This document shows, piece by piece, positions 26,657 through 36,130 of a stretch of DNA of 64,000 bases. The translations under genes and the position numbers were made by a program. Below the pieces are notes generated by a model that saw only the letters and a program-made list of their open reading frames with translations, did not search any database and had not been told where the DNA came from. This DNA is from Candidatus Omnitrophota bacterium (GTDB taxonomy: Bacteria > Omnitrophota > Gorgyraeia > Zapsychrales > Zapsychraceae). The DNA is taken from NCBI GenBank assembly GCA_015233115.1, contig JADFYJ010000008.1, forward strand, positions 40,506 to 104,505, given 5' to 3'. How positions within the stretch are numbered: the first letter of the stretch is position 1; every line of letters starts with the position of its first letter.

Positions 26657-27838
26657 ATGAACAAATCCATTTCTTTTTTATTTTTTTCCGTCATAGTTTT
26701 TCTCGTCTTGCCGTCTTTAGCTCATTCGGCTTCATCCGAGATCTTGGCCTCCCGCAGCGACCGGTACAATACTGTCCTTAATCAGCAAATGGATGAATGG
26801 GAACAAGTCGAACACCGACACTCTCAGATGGCAGCCGGAAAAGAATGGAGCGAAGTCGAAAAAAACGCCCAAGATGAAGGACAGAAAATGCAGTACAAAA
26901 CTGTGCCTGAATCTCTCCAGGAAAAAAATGTCGCTCCTGTCAAAGGAAAATCGCCAAGCGATGAAAATTTTCATGGCGATGACGCACAAAAAATGCTGGA
27001 TGAAGAAGACCCCTTCATATCAGACAAACACGCCCGCGAAGCAGCATTGCCTCCGCTGACCTTTCATCAAAAACACACGTTCGAAGCATCTTATGATGTT
27101 TCGCACTATAAATATGAAGAGCCGCAGTTAATGCAATTAGCTGGTGCGATGAATGGTTTTTCTGCGGAGTATGTTTATCGTCCTAATAAAGGTGATGCAT
27201 TGAACTTTCCTTTTATGAATACCTATCATCTTCAGACTGAGTTTAACTGGTCCATTGGTAATTTGCGTTATGAATCAGCACAGACTACGGATAAAAATAA
27301 ACATGATTTTATTACCGATGATAGAGGGTTGATTGGTAGAGAATTTGTTGTGGATAATTTTACTCCTGAGTTATATGCGGGTTTTGGATATCGATATTTG
27401 AATGATCAACCCGATGAGATCTTAGTTAATGGATATTGGGATTATCAGCGAGAACAAACTTATTATTATCTCCCTATCGGGTTCAATGTTGGGCGGGATA
27501 TTAGCCGAAATTTTCGAATGACTGTTAATGCGGAATATGATTGGTTGCTTGTAGGAAAAAATACCACGCATTCAAGTGATTATAGCCAATATGTACAGCC
27601 ACCTGATCTGCCAGATCCGGATAATCATTTTACACAAGATACTGGATTTGGTTTGAGAGGCTATATAGAGATTGCGACTACAAAAGGGAAAGTCAATTTT
27701 TTTGTTCGCCCATTTTTTGAATATTGGCATATTGATGATTCTGATTTGCAACCAAACGTGAATGATCCGACCAGTGCATGGGTTGAGCCAGAGAACAAAA
27801 CCTGGCAAGCTGGGGCGAAATTCGGCGCTAGATTTTAA
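26657..27838 (+). CDS. Hypothetical secreted/outer-membrane protein (C-terminal F)
   Basis: Signal peptide. Acidic N-terminal region. Tyr/Trp-rich C-terminal half ending GARF. Confidence 0.5.
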   Translation: MNKSISFLFFSVIVFLVLPSLAHSASSEILASRSDRYNTVLNQQMDEWEQVEHRHSQMAAGKEWSEVEKNAQDEGQKMQYKTVPESLQEKNVAPVKGKSPSDENFHGDDAQKMLDEEDPFISDKHAREAALPPLTFHQKHTFEASYDVSHYKYEEPQLMQLAGAMNGFSAEYVYRPNKGDALNFPFMNTYHLQTEFNWSIGNLRYESAQTTDKNKHDFITDDRGLIGREFVVDNFTPELYAGFGYRYLNDQPDEILVNGYWDYQREQTYYYLPIGFNVGRDISRNFRMTVNAEYDWLLVGKNTTHSSDYSQYVQPPDLPDPDNHFTQDTGFGLRGYIEIATTKGKVNFFVRPFFEYWHIDDSDLQPNVNDPTSAWVEPENKTWQAGAKFGARF

Positions 27839-27964
27839 TAGAAGAAGTTTTATATAAGCATTTATGGATGTTTATCTTTTTTGTTTTTCTGCATTTTTAA
27901 GAACAGGGAACGGCGCGTTATTCTCATGCTATTTATGCCGCATATTTAACTTGCAACATTAAAA

Positions 27965-29209
27965 ATGCAGGGTATACTTTTTAGTATGATAGAGCGGGTA
28001 ATTACCAAAATTATAAAAAAAGCGGCAAAAAATTTTCCTGCTGTAGTTTTAACTGGTCCTCGGCAATCTGGCAAAACTACGCTGTTAAAAAATATTCTTA
28101 AATCTACCCATACGTACATTAATCTTGAAGATCCTGACATGCGAATGCGCGCCAGGGAAGACCCTAAACTTTTTTTATCAAATTTTTCCGGTCCCCAAAT
28201 TTTAGATGAAATACAGTATGTCCCTGAGCTTCTGCCATATATTAAATCTTCCATCGATAATAATCGTGCTCCCGGACATTGGTTTTTGACCGGATCCCAG
28301 AATTTTAAACTTATGAAAGGGGTGAGCGAATCACTCGCCGGCCGGGCAGCGGTATTGTCTTTACTTCCGTTTTCTTTTAACGAAAGCTCCGGCCTCGGGA
28401 AGTCGGCTTTGGATATGGCTGGTTTATTGAAAAGTCTCAAGATCCGGGGAGAAAGTGTTCCCGGAAAATCGGATATCGGGAGTATTTTACGAAGGGGCGG
28501 CTATCCTGAACCATGTTCCAATAAAAAAGTAGATATTAATATTTGGTGCAGTTCGTATGTTTCAACTTATTTTGAACGGGACATCCGCAATTTATCGCAA
28601 ATCGGAGATCTCGGCGAATTTGAAAGATTTGTCCGTGTTTGCGCGGCAAGAACAGGGCAAATTTTAAATCTTTCCGAGATGGCAAAAGAAATCGGCATAT
28701 CCGTACCTACCGCAAAAAAGTGGCTTTCGTTGCTTGAAACAGGTTATCAGGTTTTATTGCTTTATCCATATTATAAGAATATAGGTAAAAGATTAATAAA
28801 GAGTCCTAAACTATATTTTACGGATACGGCTTTAGTTTGCTATCTTCTGGGTATAAAGTCAAACGATGTGCTTCTGAACGGTCCTTCTTTTCCCGCCATA
28901 TTTGAAACTTTTGTTGTCGTTGACTTTTGGAAGCGATTTCTGAATGCTGGAGATATGGGATCTTTATTTTATCTGCGGACTCGGGATGGATTTGAAGTGG
29001 ACCTGGTTATAGAATCCGGGCAAGAACTTTTCCTGTTTGAAATAAAATCAGGAGGCACCATAACCGGAAAACACGCTGCGACTCTTATGAAGGCTGGTCG
29101 GGAAATTAAAAATGTAAAAGAATGTGCTATTGTCTCTCGTTCAGATAAAAATTTTACGATTTCTAAAGGTGTGTCTGTCTATAATTGGCATAGCCTGCTT
29201 GGTAAATAG
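27965..29209 (+). CDS. AAA+ ATPase with C-terminal DUF4143 (COG1373-type)
   Basis: Walker A VLTGPRQSGKTT, then the ARTGQILNLSEMAKEIGIS wHTH-like segment and a C-terminal domain typical of COG1373 proteins as recalled. Confidence 0.7.
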   Translation: MQGILFSMIERVITKIIKKAAKNFPAVVLTGPRQSGKTTLLKNILKSTHTYINLEDPDMRMRAREDPKLFLSNFSGPQILDEIQYVPELLPYIKSSIDNNRAPGHWFLTGSQNFKLMKGVSESLAGRAAVLSLLPFSFNESSGLGKSALDMAGLLKSLKIRGESVPGKSDIGSILRRGGYPEPCSNKKVDINIWCSSYVSTYFERDIRNLSQIGDLGEFERFVRVCAARTGQILNLSEMAKEIGISVPTAKKWLSLLETGYQVLLLYPYYKNIGKRLIKSPKLYFTDTALVCYLLGIKSNDVLLNGPSFPAIFETFVVVDFWKRFLNAGDMGSLFYLRTRDGFEVDLVIESGQELFLFEIKSGGTITGKHAATLMKAGREIKNVKECAIVSRSDKNFTISKGVSVYNWHSLLGK

Positions 29210-29243
29210 TAACAGACCTTATTTTTTCATTTGGAAAAAATCT

Positions 29244-29816
29244 ATGTCAAAAAAAATCCTAATCATCTCCGGCAGTCCTAAAAAAGACGGGAACACGGCT
29301 CTGCTTATCAAGTGGTTTATTGAGGGGGCTCGGGAGAAAAATGCGGTGGTGGAAATTGTTAACGCGGCTTATTTAAAATATAAGCATCCGGGGTGTATTT
29401 CTTGCCGGCAGTGTCAGAAAAATGTGGAGTATGGGTGTGTCATTGATGATGATGCCGGCCCGGTGCTGATTAAAATGATTTCTGCCGACGTAATTGTGAT
29501 GGCTTCGCCGCTTTACTTCTTCGGAGCTAGCAGTCAAATTAAAATTCTGGTTGATCGGATGTTCTCACTTTATAAATGGGATAATGCGGCAGGAACTATG
29601 CAAACACCGCTTAAAGGCAAGACTTTGGTGTTTTTAGGCAGTGCTTTTGAGGATATAGGCCTTGATGCTTTGGAAAAACCATTTGCTTTAACTGCTGAGT
29701 ATACTGGAATGCCGTTTGAATCTTTACTGGTCGCGCATGCTGGCACATCGGGGGAGATTGTTAAGCTGCCTGAAGCACAGGATCGAGCTAAAACTTTGGG
29801 ACGGAAAGTCGCATAA
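29244..29816 (+). CDS. NADPH-dependent FMN reductase / iron-sulfur flavoprotein-like (flavodoxin fold)
   Basis: MSKKILIISGSPKKDGNT, Cys cluster CISCRQCQKNVEYGC, MASPLYFF. Confidence 0.65.
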   Translation: MSKKILIISGSPKKDGNTALLIKWFIEGAREKNAVVEIVNAAYLKYKHPGCISCRQCQKNVEYGCVIDDDAGPVLIKMISADVIVMASPLYFFGASSQIKILVDRMFSLYKWDNAAGTMQTPLKGKTLVFLGSAFEDIGLDALEKPFALTAEYTGMPFESLLVAHAGTSGEIVKLPEAQDRAKTLGRKVA

Positions 29817-29881
29817 ATAGGGGCAGTTCATATTTATTTTATTTATTGCCATTCTGCTCCCAAGCATTCCACCATGACTTT

Positions 29882-30649
29882 TTAGGGGTTCAGGCAAGTT
29901 TGAGCATCTTGGTACTCAATCCCTAAATGTTCATTTGTAACGGAGTTATTTAGATTCTTGGGGTCTGGTTCAGCAGGGCAAAGACAGTTAAAACAAGGTT
30001 CACCGCTAAAGGTGCATTCGCGTATTCTGAAACGATATTGCAATTTAGAGTCAGCAACCGTATGACAGTTATCCCACTTGGGATCAGATAAGAAAAGTCC
30101 CCAGGTTCCAGAGGTGCAGGGAGTCATACAATTTTCGCTGTAAACGCACTCGGTTCCGGTCATTTTATTCGAGCCGCCCCCGCAGGTATAATTGACTCGA
30201 GTTCCACCTTCCGGACAAGCAGGATCGGAGGCGGCCCCGCAAGGAGGATTTGCGCCCGGGTTTTCAGGAGTACAGCAATGAAGATTGTATTCTTTTTTTT
30301 CAGCGGTTGGTGTTTCTGAGCAGGTGTTGGGATCTTTCGGCCCGCCGTCTTTTTCAGATGGGCAGTATCGGGTTAAAACTTGTTTATTATCTTTATCACA
30401 GCAAGGCGGCTTATTGCAATTAAAATAATAGGTGCAGGCTGAACAAGGGTCACTGCTTGAGGTGAAATGAGTTTTGGTAAGGGGGTCTTCATACGAATCT
30501 CGGACTGAATCATCCCAGCCTTTTTGTTGGGCATTCCAGGAACGGACTACATAAGGACCCATGATGATGATACCTGCCATAACCAATAAGGTTAGCATGA
30601 TGTACTCAGAAAGGCCTTGCCCATGATTGGAGGTAAATTTTTTTAGCAT
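29882..30649 (-). CDS. Cys-rich secreted protein with Flp/TadE-pilin-like N-terminus
   Basis: N-terminus KKFTSNHGQGLSEYIMLTLLVMAGIII resembles Flp prepilin G/xxxEY-hydrophobic. About 24 Cys in a 200-aa C-terminal domain. Confidence 0.45.
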   Translation of the reverse strand: MLKKFTSNHGQGLSEYIMLTLLVMAGIIIMGPYVVRSWNAQQKGWDDSVRDSYEDPLTKTHFTSSSDPCSACTYYFNCNKPPCCDKDNKQVLTRYCPSEKDGGPKDPNTCSETPTAEKKEYNLHCCTPENPGANPPCGAASDPACPEGGTRVNYTCGGGSNKMTGTECVYSENCMTPCTSGTWGLFLSDPKWDNCHTVADSKLQYRFRIRECTFSGEPCFNCLCPAEPDPKNLNNSVTNEHLGIEYQDAQTCLNP

Positions 30650-30793
30650 AATTATCGAGTAGCTTTTAAGCTCAATATAAGTATAATATATTAATTATAT
30701 TCATACAACCTTTTTACCCTAAAAAATACCTGTAAATTTAAAAAGTGTCTATAAAGGGCTTGACAGCCTAGGGTAAATGTATAAAAATACCGC

Positions 30794-31885
30794 ATGAAAT
30801 TTTTCCCAAAAATCTCTATAGTTTTCTTGTCCTTGTTTTTTATCATTGGAACAGGCTTGGCCTATCCTCAGGAAACCGCGACTGAAGTCATTACTTTGAA
30901 AAACAGTTTAGCGGCTCCAGTGGTTAAGCGGGAGTTGGACGCTATTAAAAGCACGGCGGGTAAAGTCGTTTATAATGAGAGTACGGGAACGTTTATTGTC
31001 ATGGATGTCCCAGATAAATTGAAAGAAATGATCGAAAAAGTTAAAACTTTGGATATTCCGGTTGAGCGTAAAGTGTTGGATCTGCAAAATTTGAAAACGG
31101 AAGATGCGGTTAAAACCATAGAGCCGATGTTAACCCCAGGGATAGGGTTGGTGAATGTTATTAAAGACAATGAACTGGAGGTTATTGATACGTCCGAAAA
31201 GGTGAAAGCGATTGAACGGGCTATATGGGAAAAAGATCGGAAAAAAATCAGTTTATCTGTCAAAGTGGAAGTCATTCAGATTATATTAAACGATGAACAT
31301 TTAAGCGGGGTTGATTGGGAAGCGATTTTGATGGATTTTCAGTCCAAAACTTTTAAGGGTTTTGGGGATTCTGTTCGTAATAAATTATCGTTTGGAAGTT
31401 TGAATCAAGAAGATTTTGAAGTGCTGGTTGATGCTTTGGAATCTGTCGGCGACATGCGGCCGATAGCGAATTATGTCAAAGATGAGGTGAGTGGTGATTT
31501 TTCGATAGATCTGCCGGTAAAAGATTTGTTGTTTATACCGAATCAGGACGCGATCAATAAACGGAATCATGATGATCAAGTTAAGTATTCTGTCGCCGTG
31601 TCTGATGTCCAGGAAACAGGTTGTCAAATCATCATTGATCCACAATACAAGGGAACTCAGGGCGTATTCGGGGTTGATGGTAAAATAGCCATGACTGTGG
31701 AGCCAGGAAATACACTTATCGCCGGAGGCCTTTTTAAAAATGTGATGATCGAGTCCATGCGGAAAATACCTTTATTGGGAGACATTCCATTTTTAGGGGC
31801 CGCGTTTAGAACCCAAGGGCACCGGCATCGTAAGACAGAAATAGTTGTTTTTATTAAACCGCTGATTAAGGTAGAAAAAAAATAA
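30794..31885 (+). CDS. Minimal secretin-family outer-membrane channel protein (363 aa)
   Basis: Signal peptide. C-terminal secretin motif IPLLGDIPFLGAAFR...TEIVVFIKP. Confidence 0.65.
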   Translation: MKFFPKISIVFLSLFFIIGTGLAYPQETATEVITLKNSLAAPVVKRELDAIKSTAGKVVYNESTGTFIVMDVPDKLKEMIEKVKTLDIPVERKVLDLQNLKTEDAVKTIEPMLTPGIGLVNVIKDNELEVIDTSEKVKAIERAIWEKDRKKISLSVKVEVIQIILNDEHLSGVDWEAILMDFQSKTFKGFGDSVRNKLSFGSLNQEDFEVLVDALESVGDMRPIANYVKDEVSGDFSIDLPVKDLLFIPNQDAINKRNHDDQVKYSVAVSDVQETGCQIIIDPQYKGTQGVFGVDGKIAMTVEPGNTLIAGGLFKNVMIESMRKIPLLGDIPFLGAAFRTQGHRHRKTEIVVFIKPLIKVEKK

Positions 31886-32925
31886 TGAAAAAATTTTTAA
31901 TGTTAGCGGCTTTGGCCTGTACAGTTATTTTGGGTGCTTGTCAAACGGCCGTTCCACCGAATAATTATGTCATCCAAAATCAAAATGTGCCGCTGAATCA
32001 TTTGTGTGAAAAATATCATGTGGCTTGGATGTGGGACAATATTTCTGAAATCGTCATCCTTAATTTTAAAAATACCGAGGCTAGGCTTTTGGTCGGCAGT
32101 GATGTCGTTATGGCCGGAGGACAACAAATTGTGCTAAGCAGGCCAGTCGAGATGATGGGCAGTCAGATTGTGGTTCCCAGCGATTTTGAACGCCGGGTTT
32201 TGGAGCCGTCTTTTCAAAAATCGAATTCGGCTGGGATTACTGAAGAACGGAAATTTACGACGGTATTAATTGACGCCGGTCATGGCGGGCATGACACAGG
32301 AGCGATTGCGCGTAATGGAATGCATGAAAAAGATATTGTTTTAGACGTGGCTAAACGATTAGGTGAAAAATTGGAACAACGCGGGATAAAAATATTTTAT
32401 ACCCGGAAGAATGATACATTTGTCAGTTTGGAAGATCGGACAGAATTTGTCAGCCGACATGCCGACGCGGATCTTTTTGTCAGCGTACACGCGAATTCAG
32501 CCAGAGTGCGGGGGCCATATGGTATAGAAGTGTATAGTTTACGTCCGTTAGATTACGAAAGTTTGCATGAAAGTAAAAGAGAAGCTAATCAGGATTTGAT
32601 GTTTTCTAAAATACCCATGGCGCCTGGTTCGCGGGATGTGGAAAATATTGTTTCTGATATGTTGTATTCGCATAAACAACGGGATTCTTTTTACTTGGCC
32701 AGAAAGATTGCGCAAAACACCGCGTATATGGCGAGAACGAAAAACCGGGGTGCGCATGAAGCGCGGTTTTTTGTATTAAGAAACACTTTGATCCCCGCTG
32801 TTCTTGTCGAAATAGGATTTATGTCTAATCCCAAAGAAGAACAATTATTAGAAACCACCAATCACCGTCAGCAAATCGCTGAAGGGATTGCGAAGAGTAT
32901 TTTAGATTATGCGAGAATTAAATGA
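31885..32925 (+). CDS. Lipoprotein N-acetylmuramoyl-L-alanine amidase (AmiC-like, Amidase_3) with N-terminal accessory domain
   Basis: Lipobox LGAC. LIDAGHGGHDTGA, SVHANSA, EIGFMSNPKEEQLL. Confidence 0.75.
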   Translation: MKKFLMLAALACTVILGACQTAVPPNNYVIQNQNVPLNHLCEKYHVAWMWDNISEIVILNFKNTEARLLVGSDVVMAGGQQIVLSRPVEMMGSQIVVPSDFERRVLEPSFQKSNSAGITEERKFTTVLIDAGHGGHDTGAIARNGMHEKDIVLDVAKRLGEKLEQRGIKIFYTRKNDTFVSLEDRTEFVSRHADADLFVSVHANSARVRGPYGIEVYSLRPLDYESLHESKREANQDLMFSKIPMAPGSRDVENIVSDMLYSHKQRDSFYLARKIAQNTAYMARTKNRGAHEARFFVLRNTLIPAVLVEIGFMSNPKEEQLLETTNHRQQIAEGIAKSILDYARIK

Positions 32926-32933
32926 TAAATTTA

Positions 32934-33060
32934 CAGGGATTGTTGAAAAATGTCCAGAGGCAAGGCATTCCGGAGCGAACGCGGAGCCGTACAGTAGGAA
33001 GTACGGCGCACAAGTGAGCGAGGGAATAACGCCGCAGATGGGCGTTTTGCGACAGTCCCC
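32934..33060 (-). repeat. GC-rich ~125-nt imperfect palindromic element, copy 2 (inverted), overlapping the murI start
   Basis: Reverse complement aligns to 13079-13203. Central hairpin here is GCCGTAC/GTACGGC, a compensatory change versus GGCGTAC/GTACGCC in copy 1. Confidence 0.8.
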
Positions 33061-33841
33061 GATAGGCATATTTGATTCAGGTTTGGGCGGGTTAACCGTC
33101 GCCAAAGCCTTGATGAAATTGATGCCGCATGAAGATTTGGTCTATTTTGGGGATACCGCGCGGGTGCCATATGGTTCCAAGTCCCGCGAGTCTATTGTTC
33201 GTTTCTCTATTGAGAATACTGAAATCCTCATGAAGCGCAACGTTAAAATTGTGGTGGTGGCCTGTAATTCATCGTCAAGCTGTGCGCTGGAAACTTTGCA
33301 GGAAAAATTTCCTGTGCCGATTGTGGGTGTTATCGCTCCAGGCGCGCGTCAGGCTGCGGCTGCGACTATGAATAATCGCATTGGAGTCATTGCGACCACC
33401 GCGACAGTCAATAGCGGCGCGTATGAAAAATTCGTGCATGTTTACGCGCCACAGGCTAAAGTTTTTTCTCAGCCGTGTCCGTTGTTTGTGCCTTTGGTGG
33501 AAGAAGGCTGGTATACTAAAAAAATTGCTTTAGATATCGCGCAGGAATATTTAAAATATTTAAAACAGGATCGGGTGGATACCCTTGTTTTGGGTTGTAC
33601 GCATTACCCGCTTTTGAAAAAAATTTTGCGGCAGGCCATGGGGCCGCAAGTGAAATTGGTTGATTCTGGCCAAGAAGTGGCTTGGGAGGTCAAACGTGTT
33701 TTGCAAGAAAAAGCCTTGATCAAAGATGGACGAGCTCAGGGATGCCACGAATTTTTGGTCAGCGACCGCCCGCAATCATTCGAAAAAATCGCCCAAAGAT
33801 TCTTGGGTGAGAAAATTAATATAAAGTTGTATAAACCATAA
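33038..33841 (+). CDS. murI: Glutamate racemase MurI
   Basis: PIGIFDSGLGGLTV N-terminal signature, VVACNSSS, LGCTHYPLL. Start set at the ATG 7 codons before PIGIFDSG. Confidence 0.8.
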   Translation: MGVLRQSPIGIFDSGLGGLTVAKALMKLMPHEDLVYFGDTARVPYGSKSRESIVRFSIENTEILMKRNVKIVVVACNSSSSCALETLQEKFPVPIVGVIAPGARQAAAATMNNRIGVIATTATVNSGAYEKFVHVYAPQAKVFSQPCPLFVPLVEEGWYTKKIALDIAQEYLKYLKQDRVDTLVLGCTHYPLLKKILRQAMGPQVKLVDSGQEVAWEVKRVLQEKALIKDGRAQGCHEFLVSDRPQSFEKIAQRFLGEKINIKLYKP

Positions 33842-33852
33842 CATTTTTTGCG

Positions 33853-33877
33853 TTGTTACACTGTCACATTGTTACCA
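33853..33877 (+). repeat. GTTAC array (GTTGTTACACTGTCACATTGTTACC) ending 17 nt before the queD ATG
   Basis: Shares the 15-nt core with 12341-12355. Confidence 0.75.
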
Positions 33878-33893
33878 ACAAAATTTTAAACCT

Positions 33894-34256
33894 ATGTTTG
33901 AACTGAGCGTTAAAGGACATATTTCATCGGCGCATTTTTTGCGGGAATACCCGGGAAAATGCAAAAAACTGCATGGCCACAATTGGAAAGTGGAAATGTT
34001 TATTGGCGCGGATAAACTGGACGAGTTAGGGATGCTGGTAGATTTCAGCGTAGTGAAAGATAAGTTGACTGCTTTTTTGTCGTCTTTAGATCATGTCTGC
34101 CTCAATGATTTGCCGTATTTTAAGGAACACAATCCTACGACCGAACACATCGCGCGGTTTATATATCGTGAATTCGCGGCGCAAGTGGCTCCAGTCAAGA
34201 TCATGCGGGTGCAGGTTTGGGAATCAGAACAAAATAGTGTGATTTATTATGAATAA
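33894..34256 (+). CDS. queD: 6-carboxy-5,6,7,8-tetrahydropterin synthase QueD
   Basis: GHISSAHFL...CKKLHGHNWKVE (Zn-binding His motif of the PTPS family). Confidence 0.85.
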   Translation: MFELSVKGHISSAHFLREYPGKCKKLHGHNWKVEMFIGADKLDELGMLVDFSVVKDKLTAFLSSLDHVCLNDLPYFKEHNPTTEHIARFIYREFAAQVAPVKIMRVQVWESEQNSVIYYE

Positions 34257-34908
34257 AGCTGTTGTGTTATTATCAGGCGGATTGGATTCAACCACGCTTT
34301 TATATTTTGTGAAGAGCAGAAAATATGCCGTGCATTGTCTGATCTTTGATTATGGACAGCGTCATAAAAAAGAGATATTGATGGCTCAAAAGATTGCCCG
34401 GGAAGCAGGCGCGGCGTTTGATGTCGTGAAAATTCAAATGCCGTGGCGAGGGTCAGCCTTATTAGATAAAAAAGTTAAGATTCCGGAACGTAAAATAATT
34501 GATTCAAAAGAAATCCCTGTCACGTATGTTCCAGCGAGAAATATTATTTTTTTAAGTTTCGCGGTTTCCTGCGCTGAGGCCATCGGCGCCAAAGCGGTAT
34601 TTATTGGCGCAAATGCGCTGGATTATTCTGGTTATCCGGATTGCCGGCCGGATTTTTTTGAGGCTTATACCCGGGTTATAACGACAGGAACTAAAGCTGG
34701 AGTAGAAGGCGGCTCTATCAAGATCCAGACGCCTTTGATCCATAAAACTAAATCTCAAATTATCAAGATGGGTTTGAAATTGGGAGTGCCGTATGAGTTA
34801 ACGTGGTCATGTTATAAAGGCGGCAGTAAACCCTGCGGAGGCTGCGACAGCTGTCAATTAAGAGCCAAAGGATTCGCGGAAGCAGGAAGCATTGATCCAA
34901 GTCTGTAA
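34249..34908 (+). CDS. queC: 7-cyano-7-deazaguanine synthase QueC
   Basis: LLSGGLDSTT PP-loop, C-terminal Zn Cys cluster CGGCDSC. Confidence 0.9.
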   Translation: MNKAVVLLSGGLDSTTLLYFVKSRKYAVHCLIFDYGQRHKKEILMAQKIAREAGAAFDVVKIQMPWRGSALLDKKVKIPERKIIDSKEIPVTYVPARNIIFLSFAVSCAEAIGAKAVFIGANALDYSGYPDCRPDFFEAYTRVITTGTKAGVEGGSIKIQTPLIHKTKSQIIKMGLKLGVPYELTWSCYKGGSKPCGGCDSCQLRAKGFAEAGSIDPSL

Positions 34909-34914
34909 AATTTG

Positions 34915-35010
34915 TTGTTTTGACTTTTTATTTTTTGTTTTTGATTTTCACTTTTTATTGTTCTTTGGTTTTACTTTAACTTTTTACCTTTACCTTTTTT
35001 TACTTTTAAA
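34915..35010 (+). repeat. T-rich TTTAC/TTTACC short-period array upstream of exbB
   Basis: ...GGTTTTACTTTAACTTTTTACCTTTACCTTTTTTTACTTTT, ending 14 nt before the ATG. Inverted partner at 36064-36100. Confidence 0.7.
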
Positions 35011-35023
35011 CACAGGAGGTTTT

Positions 35024-35644
35024 ATGTCGATTGCTCAATTATTATCAGCCGGCGGCTTTACATTATGGCTGCTGAGTTTGTTTTCAGTAGTTTCTTTAGC
35101 CATTATCATTGAACGGTTTATTTACTATCGGACTCGTTCCAGAGTGGCGCGGCCTTTATTTATGGCAAGTCTGGCAAAAGAACTGGAAAACGGTAATACT
35201 AAAAAAGCAGTGGAAATATGTCAGAGCGTGAATACTCCGTTTGCTAAGGTGGCATATGCAGGATTAAATATGGTTGGCCATAATGAGACGGTGATCTCCA
35301 ATACGATGGAACGTGCGGTCACGATTGAAATGATTTTGTTGGAAAAATTTACCGGGATTGTGGGGACAATTGGAAGTACTGCGGTGTACATCGGATTGTT
35401 TGGAACGGTTTTGGGGATTATCCGCGCGTTTAAAGATATTTCTTTGAGCGGATCCGGTGGGATCAATGTCGTTATCAACGGCATTTCTGAAGCCCTGATT
35501 TGCACCGCGGCAGGTTTATGCGTCGCTGTCCCTGCGGTTATCGCGTACAATTATTTTGTCAGAAAAGTGGATATTTTTGTGACAGACATGGAATTATGCG
35601 CGTCCGAAATTATGGATTTATTAAACCGAAAACAAAAAAATTAA
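35024..35644 (+). CDS. exbB: MotA/TolQ/ExbB-family proton channel
   Basis: SD AGGAGG 5 nt upstream. Three TM helices. GTIGSTAVYIGLFGTVLGII motif region. Confidence 0.8.
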   Translation: MSIAQLLSAGGFTLWLLSLFSVVSLAIIIERFIYYRTRSRVARPLFMASLAKELENGNTKKAVEICQSVNTPFAKVAYAGLNMVGHNETVISNTMERAVTIEMILLEKFTGIVGTIGSTAVYIGLFGTVLGIIRAFKDISLSGSGGINVVINGISEALICTAAGLCVAVPAVIAYNYFVRKVDIFVTDMELCASEIMDLLNRKQKN

Positions 35645-35647
35645 AAC

Positions 35648-36061
35648 ATGAACCGAAAATTTAGAAAACAACGGATGGTTTCAGAAATCAATATTACGCC
35701 TTTTACCGACGTTATTTTGGTGTTGTTGGTTATCTTTATGGTTTCCACACCCTTGATCTATCAATCTAATATCCAGGTAAAATTGCCGGAAGCTAAAAGC
35801 GCGAAAGTCGGTGCTTCGTCGGATCAGGAAGTTTATATTACGATAACCAGCGAAAATGTGGTTTACTTGGGAAAAGAGGTGGTGACTGCCAAAGAATTAA
35901 AAGGTAAGGTCGATGACATGCATAAAAAAAATCCGCAAATGGCGGTCATTCTTTCCGCGGATAAACGGGTCCGTTTTAAATTTGTGGTTGACGTGATTGA
36001 TATGCTTTCAGAACTGGGGATCACCAAATTTGATATTGCCACGATCAATGATCGGCAGTGA
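35648..36061 (+). CDS. exbD: ExbD/TolR-family biopolymer transport protein
   Basis: EINITPFTDVILVLLVIFMV N-terminal TM signature. 137 aa. Confidence 0.8.
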   Translation: MNRKFRKQRMVSEINITPFTDVILVLLVIFMVSTPLIYQSNIQVKLPEAKSAKVGASSDQEVYITITSENVVYLGKEVVTAKELKGKVDDMHKKNPQMAVILSADKRVRFKFVVDVIDMLSELGITKFDIATINDRQ

Positions 36062-36063
36062 AA

Positions 36064-36100
36064 AAGTGGTAAATGTGGTAGAGGTGGTAAAGGGGGTAAA
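36064..36100 (-). repeat. GGTAAA array (GTGGTAAATGTGGTAGAGGTGGTAAAGGGGGTAAAAG), inverted partner of the TTTACC array at 34915-35010
   Basis: Period-9 GTGGTAnAG x3. Starts 3 nt after the exbD stop. Confidence 0.7.
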
Positions 36101-36130
36101 AGAAAAAGCGAAGGTCAGGAAAAGCGACTG

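Noticed and set aside
33842-33893. Looked for a preQ1 riboswitch in the queD leader and elsewhere in the que cluster
   Set aside because: No preQ1-I/II-like hairpin plus A-rich tail was recognisable. The leader is instead occupied by the GTTAC-type array.
35024-36061. Considered whether the MotA/ExbB-like plus ExbD-like pair could be ZorA/ZorB of a Zorya defence system
   Set aside because: Both proteins have ordinary ExbB/ExbD lengths (207 and 137 aa) with no long ZorA tail, and no ZorC/ZorD-like genes are adjacent.
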